Shown in pieces: positions 11,201-23,910 of a stretch of DNA of 64,000 nucleotides; the first letter of the stretch is position 1, and every line of letters begins with the position of its first letter. The notes below the pieces were generated by a model that searched no databases, was not told the DNA's origin, and saw nothing but the letters and a program-made list of their open reading frames with translations. The translations under genes and the position numbers were made by a program. The stretch comes from Vicugna vicugna (taxonomy: Eukaryota): positions 62,001-126,000 of the forward strand of contig MU058748.1 of the NCBI GenBank assembly GCA_013265495.1, written 5' to 3'.

Positions 11201-12764
11201 AGCCCAGATTCCAAAAGGGTGTCTGGTTTCAAGGAGCTGAGGCACTCTTCTCCCCCTCATTTCCCATCACACCCTCCCCTTTTCGGATTCAGGCTCAACA
11301 ACGACCAGATTCACAGCACTTTCAAGGTGGACTGCTTTCCGCCGCTCATTGCCTGAATGCCTTGCTCTTTGCACTTGATTGTGTTGGTATTTGAGCTTCT
11401 CCAGGAAGTTAATAGCAGATTCTGAGAAGGTCCAACTTGATTTTATTCAGTTTCTTAAAGGATGTATTTGCTGTGGGTAAGAATTATGGGAAATACATAT
11501 CAGTGTCATATACGACTGCAATAACAGCTTGGAAATCATCTTCATCCCCCCCCCCAAAAGTTTTCCCCGTTCAAGTTTTTGTATTTCCCGGAAACAGTGC
11601 ATGGACATTTGATATGTTTCATTATATATAAACTGGGGAGGGGGCGCCCCTTATATTTTTAAAGTGCAAGATATCAAGGACATTGTAGTTTCTTTTCTTT
11701 CTTTCTTTTCCCCCTATGCTGCCCATGTAACAGAGCACTACGAGTGTGGAGAGAATGGAACACTTTTAAAATCTGGGGAAATGGTTAAAGACTTTGTTGT
11801 TCCCAGCTTTGCTTTAAGTTTTTCTTTAAATACCTGATCTTTTTTGGTTGAGAGGTAATTTGGGGTAAGCCTGGACTAATATCATGGGTGCAATTCAGCA
11901 TGGTAAGATTTTGTATGACGATCATGTAATTGATCCTATAGTCACATGTTAGTTAATGGCAGAAATTGTATAAGATGATAGAAACAGCCCTTGATTTTTT
12001 GGCAAACAATATTTTTGGACAGTGGGGAATTTTTTTTAATCAATATTAAAATTTACGTGGAGAATATGAATGCATTGATGAAAATAGAAAGGCAAGTTAA
12101 CTTTAAGAGGGTGGTTTATTGAAAATCAGTTGCCTCAGATTTTGTATCGACATATGGTAATCAGTGAACTAAATGAACCAGTTAGTATTCCGAACTTGCA
12201 ATACTTGGCTCTGTAGAAAGACTGCTGTTACATTTCATTTTCAATCTCATTTGTGGGAATAGAATAATGTTGGATGGGTTTATTAACTTCCTCACACGAG
12301 TGTGCTGTAGATTCCAAGATATCCTGTAGAGCAGAGAGAGACAAGGTCCAAGATCTGGCCTCATTACACCTTACCATCTCTTCCCTGCTAGGTATCCTTC
12401 ACATAAGCTGAAACTAGTGGAATCTAGAGCTCCTGCCTCTCCTTTTCTCCCTCCACACACTTGTAGCTTCCAATCTGGACCTAAATCTCCCTGAAATAGG
12501 CCCTGTCACTCATATATTCTTCCTCACAGGGGAGCTTGGAGTTGGGGCTGCCCTGAAAAGAAATAAGTTAATACCTCAATAGTAAATTTTATGCAGTTGT
12601 TGGGTAGATACTGAGTGTACCCAGGCTTCCTGCTAGTCCAGGTTGCGGGGTGAAGGGGAGGCTACAGCACAACTGAAGCGGTGAGACAGTAGCTAGGAAC
12701 ATGGATTGTACTTAAGGAGAACTGGAGCAGTGTGGAAGAGAAGGAATAAAGCTAAAATCTGAGG

Positions 12765-12806
12765 GTGTGTGTGTGTGTGTGCGTGTGTGCACATGCACGT
12801 GTGTGT
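12765..12806. repeat. Imperfect (GT)n / alternating purine-pyrimidine tract
   Basis: gtgtgtgtgtgtgtgtgcgtgtgtgcacatgcacgtgtgtgt, seen directly. Confidence 0.9.
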
Positions 12807-12984
12807 AGAGGGATGGATTATCTTCAGCAGGAATCAGCTGTATCTTAGATCCGCACAAGCAAGTTTATCTCAAAGCTCAGACTCTGCTTGATAAAAGCTT
12901 TAAAAAGAATTGAGTCCCACGAAAATAAACAACTCTCATTTGTAGTCATTGACTTTCAAATAAACTCTTCAGTCCTAGGGTCTA

Positions 12985-13125
12985 AAACAGTTTTCTCAAA
13001 TTTGAGTGCCTAAGAATGCATAACAATTGAGATTTATGACCCCTAACGCACGAGAAATTGGTTCAAGGAGATCCAATTAACTGCATGTTTAACACCATGG
13101 GTGATTCCAATTCTCCTAGTTCAAA
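12985..13125. mobile_element. MER5-like hAT DNA transposon remnant
   Basis: cagttttctcaaatttgagtgcctaagaat...ctgcatgtttaacaccatgggtgattcc. Confidence 0.5.
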
Positions 13126-14259
13126 AGTTATCTTGTGAAATATATAAACTTGGTGCTAATGAACTTGCTTTTGTTCAGAAAGGTGTAATACAATCATATT
13201 AATCTAAAAAGTTTTCTTAGTTTTTATCTTTTGAATTTTCTTTGTTTTTCATTGTCAATGCCATTATTATTGTCAGTCTGCCCTGTTACAAGACGGCTGT
13301 CCTCAAATACCAAACTTCTGTCATTTGCTGAAGTGCTGGGTAGTGGTCACTTGAAATTAAAAACAGAAGGCACTAAAGCTAAGGTGATAGAAATGCTTTT
13401 TTGAGCATTAATAAATTTTGAAAAAAAAAAACAATGTGCTGATGGGTTTAGTTAGAGGGTAGCTTTAAGTAAACATGATTATCTCTTCCTCACTGAATGG
13501 AGGACAATTTTTAAAAGTTTTAAAATCTTTACAAGAATTTAACATGCTAATTTTTTATTTCATATTTTACATATTTAGATTTTTCCTAATAATGCAAAGT
13601 AATTCAAGTAGTTCACATGAAATCATAAAAAGAGAAAATAAACTTAAAATCCCTACAATAAATTTCTTATTTTATTATTTCTCTTTGTTTTCATTAATAA
13701 AACCTCAAAAATATGCCATAAAGGTGAGGGAAATGATTGATGAAATCCTGAACCCAATGGTAAAATTGTTCATTTCTTTTGGGCCTTTTTCCCCCCCACA
13801 ACTGACATTTTCATGAAATTCTTAATTTCCCCAGTTCTTTCCAGGCAAAGGAAGTTGGTCATTCATTGTTGGGGTCTTATATGTGAGGTATTCATTGACA
13901 TTCTGGTATCAGTGTTCTAATTTCTTTGTTTTATTGTATTTTCTTATATACCATGCTACGTGTACAGACCATGTTTTCACAATAGTAAGCATTTACAGCT
14001 TTTTATTACTTGAGGTTTGCACAAAACAGCACAACATCAAATATGGATAGAGGAGAAATATATTGTATTTCTTATTTTCTTTAAAAATGAGACTATTTTA
14101 AACCATGTGTGTGTGGAAACTGTTTTAAAAGTGCAAGTTGCATGCTTTAAGAAAATATGACCTCTCAAATAATACAAGGCACAGATCAGTGTGAATTACA
14201 TGCTAATTTTTACGTTGAATTTTGTCTTGTTTTTGTCGAAACTCCAACAAGCTCTCTAG

Positions 14260-14334
14260 ATATTTGGTTGATGACATCCTTAAGAAGTGGGAAACCTGGA
14301 AAGGAAATCGCAGAACTAGTTTAAGCCTAGCAAG
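14260..14334 (+). other. Candidate 75-nt 5' exon (probably 5' UTR or alternative first exon)
   Basis: ctctctAG|ATATTTGG...CCTAGCAAG|GTAAAC. Purine-rich, with a T-rich tract upstream. Confidence 0.55.
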
Positions 14335-17300
14335 GTAAACTTAACCTAAAAAATGTATTTGCTTGATATTAACCCCAAATAACAGGTGTTATGACTGATA
14401 TATTAAGATTGAAACATGGTGCCAGATGGTCCAGGATTCCTGCCACATTTTAGACTTTTTGTAAAATAATAACATCACTATAGTAAAGACATATTTATAC
14501 ATATTTCTATGTATAAAAATATATAGAATTTTGCTTGGAAGTTCTAGATACTTCATTTTCTATCATATAGCCCTCTCCCCATGGGGTGGGAGAGAGAGAA
14601 GCCCACATGATGAAGCTACTGTGATGAGTAATACTTTGTGTAATTTCTATCCTTGAACCATCTTTAGCTACCATCTATACCAAATGACACATTGAACTTT
14701 CCTCTAATGATAAATTCTGTGACTGTTTTTTCAAATATACTATTAGGTTGAGTGTACATTATTGCCAATTAGAAAAGATGATTCTTCACTCTCTGTTTAA
14801 GAAAATCTAAAAGCCGTGACTCACCTTTCCCCCACTCTCCTCCTCTTCTGTGTTCTGATGTAAATCACATTATGTCTATAGAAGATATTATCTCTTAAAG
14901 TGATTTCATAAATACCAGATAATATATTTTTTCATCAACTACAATGTTATACACATTTTCTTCTCTGTTCTATGTTCTTACGATCAGAATGGCTTCTCTT
15001 CCACACACACCATTTGTATTTATGTTAAATTCCTCCATGCTACCTGGAAGAAATTGAATCACACTTAGGCAGTGATTTAATGGATTCCTTAACAGGTTGC
15101 TTTGCATTTTACTAGAGGGCCGCTAGAGGCAGACAAATTGTAACACACATTTTCAGTGATGGTTTTAAGGTCCTCAGACAAAAAACCCAAGTTAAAGTCT
15201 CACAAACCTCAGTCACATGTATATAAGGCCAGCTCTACAACCTGGCTGAGACCTGCTAGTCTTTGCTATTGAGTATCTCATATCTGGAATGCCAGAACCT
15301 ATCCAAAGTCTTCAGGTACAAACAAGAAACAAGAGCTTCAGTATAGAACTGAGATTTGGACAAAGAGAACAAGACATTATTCTTAATAAAGCTAGGGAAC
15401 AGAAAATGGAATCCAGAGACTAAAGACACATCAGACAAGTGGACCACATGTTAGATTCTGTCTTTCTTGGTTTGCCATTGACAAGGTTTATGAGCGGGAT
15501 CAGACTACAAGGCAGAATTGTGGTAAAGAGAATAAATCCAAGAGGCAGGGGAAATCATAGTGCCTGGGTCCAGTCCATGCTGTCTCTCGGAGTGGATGGA
15601 GGACATTTGCCTGCCTGTTTCTCACAGTTCTTCTTTTTCCAGACAATTGGAGAAACTGTTTTATGGGATGCCAACTGAAAGTTTGATTCCTGGTGAAAAG
15701 TGATTCTTTCTTACTGTTTTTTTTTTTTAATTCTTAAAACTATAACATAATTGTCTTCTAAGAATTGCATCTCCCTGGGTACTTACAGAGCAAAATTTAA
15801 TTTTTGCACAACCACATAATTTAAATAAAAAGACTTACAATTTATGCAAAGATACTCTTCATTGAATTGTTTCTGGACTGTATCCTACAGCTGCATAAAA
15901 TAAGGTGAAAGAGAAATATTGGCTTCTGTTTTAAAGATGAATAAAACATTAGAAATGATTGATGTGACTTTAGGTGTTTTATAACTTTCCCACAATTTTT
16001 ATTTGTGAATTACTTACTTAAATCCCCACCTCTTTGCAGTTTTGAATTCCTTTCAGGTGTGAAACAAGGAAGAGAAAGGAAGTACAACTTTCAGTTTAAA
16101 CTTAAAGTATTTAACTATGAATGACATTTTTTAAAAAGGCTCTAAAGGTTATTTTCTCCTACTGCTTCTCTTACATACTTCAAAAAATAATGAGCAAATT
16201 ATATATATGCTTATGCATGTGTATGCTTATGTGTACATATGTGTATATATTAGAATTGTCTCCTAGATTTATTGAATTCTTTATTCTAATCACCATGTAT
16301 ATCCCTTTTCACTCTGAAGTCCTCTCCCCATTGCTCCTAAGGACAGACTTTTTGCATGAATTAAATAATCAATTATTAATTAATATAGTGTTTTAATTCA
16401 AAAGTTCCTTTGTAAGAACATTTTAAAAGGATAAGTAACCATCAAATAGATATAAGTTAAATATCCATATTATCCTAGTTATTTTTTTATTTGTTAAAAC
16501 ACATAGCCAAATACTATTCACATTACTATTTATATTGCACATTCTTATAGATTTCAGTAAACTTAGAAGAGTAAAAATTATGTTCACCAATGTTGTAAAT
16601 TAATCATTTGATAGTGGAATCGAATTACTGTCTAAAAATAATTCTGCAACATTAACACAGTGTATATTATTCAGAACAATTTCTAGGTAATGCATTGTGT
16701 ATTAAGTTAACATCTGCATAGCAGTTTATGTTTTCTCAAGTGGGTTCATAAATGTTAAACATAATTTACAATTATTAAAGGAATCTTTAGCTGCAAAGAT
16801 GTATATATAAAGTTGAGCAAATATCATTAATTGCACTGTATTTTATACATACACAATCACACAAGAAAAACAAAAATAATAATTTTTAAAGGACGCTTAC
16901 AGTTCCCAAACACCCCACAATTATTCACACTTCAAAATACATGGTATGTACTTAATTCTGCGAATGATTTTTTCATATTTAGAATTCATCTGCGCCATGA
17001 CATAGTGATAACATTTGGCGTGTATTAAGGAATTTTAGACCCATTTGTAAACCCAAATAACATGTTAAACTTGGTGAAAAATGCAGTAAGTCTGTAGCAT
17101 TAGTTGTGGGCATATTCTTGGGTAGGAGCATATTGACTAACGAACATGACATCGAGAGCAGTAACACCCTTACTCATCTTTCTACTGGGAACCGAAGACT
17201 ATAGGCTTAGGAATAAAATCTTAGGAAAGGAGACTGCTCAAGGCAAAAAGTTAACTAATAAATAAAATGTTGGCCAATGAAGACTTACCCTAATGAGCCT

Positions 17301-17539
17301 TTAGCTAATAAACAGTTATGGCATTCCAGTATTTTTAAAAAATGTATTATATATGACTTCTACATTAAATCCTGTTCTTCTGGAGAGCTATATTCTTCTA
17401 CATGATAAGTAATCAAAAACATTTTAGAAACTTAACATATGTCTAATATTTTATTTTCATAAAATCTATGTGCATAGACTAAAAATTACATAATCCAGAT
17501 TAGCAAAACAATAATAAATTATAATACAACTATTATTAT

Positions 17540-17740
17540 ATGCGTTATTACTTTAGTACTTTATATTTATTAACTCACTTAATCCTTATAACTTCATAAA
17601 ATAAATATTATTATTTTCTCATTTAATAAGAAAATATATCCTCAGAAAGTTTAGATCTTTGTGTAAAGTTATACAGTCAGTAAGAGATGGAATCTGGATT
17701 TGAATCAAAGCTTCAGATACTATGTTCATGATTCCTACAC
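17540..17740 (-). mobile_element. MIR SINE
   Basis: aactcacttaatccttataac...attttctcatttaataagaaaa...aaagttatacagtcagtaag...ggatttgaatc. Confidence 0.6.
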
Positions 17741-19984
17741 TTTAAGGGCTTTTGACAGTATTTTAAAAAAATACCGTCAGCCATAATTTTAAGAGTTTTG
17801 ATTGATCTGATTAATTTCACATATTACAATACATGATTACTTATTGCCAGCACCAATTTTACTCTGAGAATTTTCTGTTCTAATGTGGTTTCACATTTGT
17901 TTTATATTAAAATACATATATATAGCCCTAACTTTGCCTTCTTAGAAGTTAATTGTATGACTACTTGATGTTTTTTTTTCTTCACTAAAAGAAGAAATTC
18001 TTACTTCTAACATTTAAGTAGCAAGGATTATTGAGTCTGAAAAATCAACATATGTCAGTGCCTTTTTGTAAGGTATGGATAGCTTTTTTTGGAAAGAAAA
18101 TTTTACCTGCACAGTGTTAATAGAATACATTTATAATCATACTCTTATTATTTGCACATATTCTTATTTCCAAACTCTGTTGAGTTCCTTCCTGTTTTAT
18201 AAAGTCCATTATAAGTTCTTCTTCCTAACTTTTTGTCATCACGTTAGGCATGTTCTCCTGATTATATTCATCCAGACTGGGATATTGGAGGGCAAACCGT
18301 GTTCTTTATATCATGGCTTCTAATGGCTTGATCTCCCTCTAGGCCTTTTTAAGTCAGTACAAAGTGGTGATTAATGGTACAAGGTCAGTAGTTGAACTCC
18401 AGTGTTTAGCTGTTCTGAAACTGGACATTTTTCCTTATAGTTTCTTTGCTTTGGTTTCCTCAGTGCTTGAACCTCATGAATATTGCAAGACTTGGATCAG
18501 ATAATTCAAGAAACATGTTTACAGCCATGCTTGACACACATTTCAGGCACTTTAAAGGCAAAGATTTTGAACAAGTGTTTGGGAGGAAAGTTGTAGAAAA
18601 GTACAATGTCAGATGTGACCACCTGATAGTTCTGTGAGTGTACAGATATCTTCTTACAGAATCAAAGGATTTGTCGTGATCCTGAAAGGGAACATGTGCA
18701 TTTTAATATATTTAAAGAAAATTTCAGGTGCAGTTTTTCATTTATTTTTGCCATTAGGACACTCTTAGGAATATTAAGTTTTCCAGAATTAGGAAAATCG
18801 ATTCACAGACAAAAAACTACAACAAATAACACCTGCTTTGATTCAATGAGAGGATACGTGGAAAGTTCTACCTATGTAAATTTTCCTGGTTAGTTTCGTT
18901 AATAATGAAACAACAAAGCAAAAAAGATTTACAGAGGGATGGAAAGTTTTCTGGTGTTCAGCATTTTTTGGCTTTGAGTAGCTACAATTATTTTGAAAAA
19001 GAGCAGTGCAGTTAAAAAACCAGTCTGACTTTCTTCTGGAATTGTGTTTATGCTACATCACTGTACTTGTTGAAAATTATCTGAAATGAAAGCACAGTTA
19101 TCAGAATTATCGTAGTTTTTAATAAAGACACTACATTCTATCCTGATTTCATTCAAATTGCATTTATAGGAATTATATGTCCTTTATTCATTTGTTTTTC
19201 AGAACAAAACAGTGGCCTTCAGGCTCCTTTACTGCTCAGTAGCATTGATTAAAAGTTAGAGTAAAATTAACTTAAAAGTTTAGATGGAAAATGTAGTCAT
19301 AGAATTGTGTTCAGTTCTAAAAGCTGATTATGGTGAACGGGAGATTGGTCTCTCAGGTTGAGTCACTAGTATTAGATCTGCAGCCAAAGTGTCTTAGCTG
19401 CTCAACTCTGAACTGAAGGATGTAGTGTAATCAGAGTTTTCTCAATTTAAATGGTCATTATCAGATAGATAATTAGGAGGATAAGAATTAAAAGGGAGAA
19501 GTTATTAGACAATTTCACTTTAAAACAATGTGGAATCAATACCATTTATCTGAATATGTGCGTACTAATTGTTAGGAGAATTTAAGTGCAGTGGATCGCC
19601 ATGCTGTGGAACCATCTGATTATGTTAGTGAAATGTTTGATGACATAATTCTGATGACATTCATTGATCTGCTAAGTAGTTTCTCAAGAGCAAAAATATG
19701 GGCATATAATTGGCCTTTCATGAACACAATGAGTATTACTTCAGAGTCTTTCTTTGCTTGCAGTGATTGTAGCGGTTATACCTTTTTATAAGAAAGGTTA
19801 TGAGTGTTCCAAAGTATTGTCTCTCCATGGGGATCTCCTCTTGATCTAGAATGTGCAGATAAAATCTATCTGCTGTACTTCACATTCAATGTGTAATATG
19901 AAACAGGGAAGGGTAACTGTAACAAACACCCCTATTTGGAATGAAAAAGAATTGGAGATGTATCTCAGATAGTGATCTTTGTGG

Positions 19985-20310
19985 AATACATTCTGTTTCA
20001 TTCCTGCTTGCAAAGTGGCCAGTTATTTCCAAAACCATCTCTTGCTTGTAATACTTCCCTAAGGCAGGCATCAGCTATCATACAGTACTAATATTCTGCA
20101 TTCCTACCTGCGTTTACTAACCCTGGAACTTCATGAGGTACAGCTCTTTTTCCCAAGTTACCTTAGTCCACAGTGTTATCAGTGCTTCAGTGCCATGCAT
20201 CACGGGTCACCATGCTCCCAGACTCTGATAATTCCCTTGCTGCCTACCAGCTGACTCCTAGCTAGGATTTTGTTATAACACACCTTACTTCTCGGTACAA
20301 GTTTCTGTAT
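19985..20310. mobile_element. Old MaLR (MLT1-like) LTR remnant
   Basis: Ends acaccttacttctcggtacaagtttctgtat, an MLT1-type terminus. Degraded. Confidence 0.4.
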
Positions 20311-21227
20311 CACTAAAAATGTTACTATTTTTTTTCTAATTTCAGAATAATACATCCTAATAATGAAAACTTGAAAAACACAGAAAGAAAAAGTATGTGG
20401 CATCAATCCTATCATTGAAAGTTATCCCTGTTAATTTCTAGTTGCTTGTAATCCTTCACCAAGCTCATTTTTATTTTAAATAAAGTAGACTGCTTTTACC
20501 ATTTATAAATTTACTATGGACATTTTTATGCCAATATTTTTCTACTACACCATGATTTTACCAATATATACAGTTCCATTATGTCTAATGTTGCAACTTG
20601 GTATCAGGTTGAATTAGATCCAAGGGTGTATTTTGTTGTTACTTATCACAATTTTTTAAAAGTTGACTTTGATATCAATACTTGTGAAAATTTTTAGAAT
20701 TTTCTGCTTCTTTTAGCAATATAGAAGATTCAGAAATAGTGGAGAAACTTTGCTGCACGGTGGTGAGGGACTGCAAGAGAAGCTGTTGTTCCACCTACGT
20801 AGGTCATGCTAGCTCCAGTTACAGTTGTCACCACCCCACCGTAATCTCTGTACTCCTACCTTAATGTGACATTGATTTTGAGTACTATACATATTGCTTC
20901 TAGAAATATTTTTATGTATCTTTCTGCAGATTACTCAATTATTTTCTTTTTGTATATGTCTGGGGTAGAAAGTCATTGGGTTAAAGTATATGCTGAAGAG
21001 AGAAAGCAATTTGCACTTCTTCTCAGTAATATGTTTTCCCAATTTTTGCTGCTTTAAATTGTGTTTTTTTAAAATGGTAAGACTGATACTAAAGATAAGA
21101 TAATTTTTCATTTATGTACCTCCATTTCTGAAACAATATCATGCCATTTTGAAGTTTTTCTAACAAGTGACTCATTTTTATTGCTTTTTTTTTCTGAAAG
21201 GGAATCTTTGTCCAGAATATATTTGAA

Positions 21228-21975
21228 AAATGCTTACACTGATACCAAAGCCAGACAAAGACATTACAAGAAAATTACAAATATCCTGTATGAATATTGA
21301 CATAAAAATCCTGAACAACATACTAACAAGGCAAAGCAGTACATTAAAGGGATTATACGCTAAGTGGGATTTATTCCTGGGATTTGAGAATGGGGCAACA
21401 AACAAAAATTAATGTAATATGTCACATTAATAGAATGAAGGGGAAAAACCAAAATCATCTCAATTTATGCAATAAAAGAATTTGACAAAATTCAATATCC
21501 TTTCATGATAAAAACACTTAATAAACTAGAAACAAAAGGAAACCTCCTCACCGTGATAAAGGCCATATATGAAAAACCAACAGCCAACAACATACTTGAT
21601 GGTGAAAGACTGAAACTTTTCCCCTACAATCAGGAACAATGCCCACTTTTGCCACTTCTAGTCAATTTTATATTAGAAGTTCTGGCCAGAGCACGTAGCA
21701 AGAAAACGAAATAAAAGGCAGCCAAGTTAGAAAGGAACGAGTAGAGTTATCTCTAGTCACAGATAACATGATCTTATATCTAGAAAACACTAAACGTTAC
21801 ACACATCAAAATGAGCTAATAAATGAATGCAGCCAAGTTCCAAGATACAAAATCAACATACAAAAAGTCAGTTGCATTTCCATATACTAGCAATGAACAA
21901 TCCAGAAAGATAATTGAGAAAACAATTTGATTTACAGCAGCATTAAAAAGAATGCAATACTTAGGAATAAATGTA
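21228..21975 (+). mobile_element. L1 ORF2 (reverse transcriptase region) fragment
   Basis: Translations TLIPKPDKDITRK...NIDIKILNNIL and MIKTLNKL...[20 protein letters not shown] are classic L1 ORF2 RT motifs, disrupted by stops and frameshifts. Confidence 0.9.
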
Positions 21976-22309
21976 ACCCCTATCAAAATCCCAATTGTGA
22001 TGAAGTTTACTAGGTCATAGGGTATTGAATATATTCAGCTTTCGTGTGCACTGCCAGTTTTCCAAAGTGATTGTACCAGCTTACACTCCACCAGTAGTGT
22101 AAGAGATTTCAACACTTGTGAAACTTACTTTTCACTATATATTCTTCTGCATTTGCTTATATTATGAAACAGAATGCAAATTCACATAAATTTTAAAGAT
22201 AGATCTTCAAAGTGGTTTCAATGTAGGAATGGACAGCTTTTTGTTATATATCTCTAGAACTTTCCTTGTCTGATTTTATGAATATTTTGTTAGAAAAGTG
22301 TGAAAACAG

Positions 22310-23910
22310 TCTTTATCTTTTGACATTTTAATTATGTATCTTGGTGTGGTTCTCTTTGGGTCCATCTTATTTGAGACTCAGTGCTTCCTGGACGTGGCTG
22401 TCTGGTTTGTTTGCCAGGTGAAGGAAGTTTTCAGACATTATTTCTTCAAATAGGTTTTCTGTCCCTTTCTCTCTCTACTCCTTCTGGGACTCCTATAGCA
22501 AATGTTGGTCTGTTTGATGTTCTCTCAGTGGTCCCTTAAACTGTCGTTGCTTTTTTGGATTCTCTTTTCTTTTCTCTGGTCTGATTGGGCGATTTCCATT
22601 ACCCTTGTCTTCCAGTTCACTGGTCCGTTTTTTGCATTCTCGTATCTTCTGTTGTATAACACAAGTGTATCTTTTATTTCAAAGACTGAATTCAGAATTT
22701 CTAAATCTTTATTTTTCTTACATCTTCTAGCATTTTCTTGAATTTCTTACTGGATTCATCAATTTCCCTCCTGAGTTCAGTGAGCATCTCTAAGAATGTT
22801 ACCATGAATTCTTCATCTGATAAAACTGCTTGTCTCTACTTCATTTAGTTATTTTTCTGAGGTTCTGTCTTGTTTTTTCCTTTAAAGATATTCCATTGTT
22901 TCTTTGTTTTGCCTAACTCTCTGCATTTGTTTCTACGTATATTGACTTCGTCTCCCAGTGTTGAAAGAGCGGCCTTATGTAGGAAGTGTCCCGTGGGGCC
23001 CAGTGGTGCAGTCTCCCCTGGTCAACAGAGCCAGGTACTGCAGAGGTATCCCCTGTGTGCAGCTGTTGCAGGGGTGCTGGTGGGTGAGGCTGGTCCTCAG
23101 GTGGACTGGCTGCGTTGCTCAGTCATGACTGCTGCAGACACCCTGGTAGGTGGGGCTGGTCCCTGGCCTGGCTTTCTATAGGACCTGGCTGTGAATGGGC
23201 TGACCCCCTGGGACCTCAGGGGAAAGCAGGGGGAGGACATATGGTGTTACCAAGGCTGATGGAGAGTGAGAGAAATGGCGCTCACCAGCACCAGGCCAGC
23301 TAGGTGGAAAGAAAGTCGAAAACAAATGGCCCCTGCAACTGCTTCCATCCGCAGAGAAAGTTCCACCAGATCCGTGATCCTCTGGTGCATGCTCTAAAAT
23401 TAGTCAATGAATCTTCTTGTGTGACCCAGGCACTTTCAAGGTGCAGCCTCTGTGGAAGGACTTGGAGCCAGTGAGTTTGTGTGTGAGTCCTTTTAAGACT
23501 GGAGTCTCTTCCCTTTCCCACAGCCTTGAGGCTCTCCCAAATGTAAGCCTTGCTAGTTTTCAAAGCCAGATGTAATGGGAGCTCATCTTCCCAGCACAGG
23601 TCCCCAGGCTGGGGAGCCCAATATGAGACTTGGACCCCTTGCTCCTCAAGGGGGACCTCTGCAGTGTGATATCTCTCCTGCTGTGGCCTGCCCCACGGGG
23701 AAGGGGGCAGGGGTCTCACTAAACCACGACCTTGCCCCTCCTGCCTTTCTTGATGTGACCTTTTCCTTCTGTCCTTAGTTGCAGACAATCTGTTCTGCTA
23801 GTCTTCAGGTCAGTTCTCAGAGAGAGTTGTTCTATATGTAGCTGTAGTTTGGGGGTATCCCTGGGAGGAGGTGAGTTCAGGGTCCTCCTACTCCACCATC
23901 TTGATCCAGA
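22310..23910 (-). mobile_element. L1 5' UTR/ORF1 region of an older L1M family, antisense
   Basis: ggaagttttcagacattatttcttcaaata..., a GC-richer 5' UTR, and the end ctccaccatcttg (reverse of caagatgg at the L1 start). Confidence 0.8.

Noticed and set aside
16057..16134. Acceptor followed by ATGAATGAC (MND...), similar to the SLC44A5 N-terminus as I recall it
   Set aside because: The frame closes after 5 codons (MNDIF*) and no donor follows, so it is likely coincidence.
21230..21714. ORFs with reverse transcriptase motifs
   Set aside because: Decayed L1 ORF2, not a host gene or a novel RT system.
22870..23788. ORFs of 100-160 aa in a GC-richer block
   Set aside because: They fall in the 5' UTR of an antisense L1.
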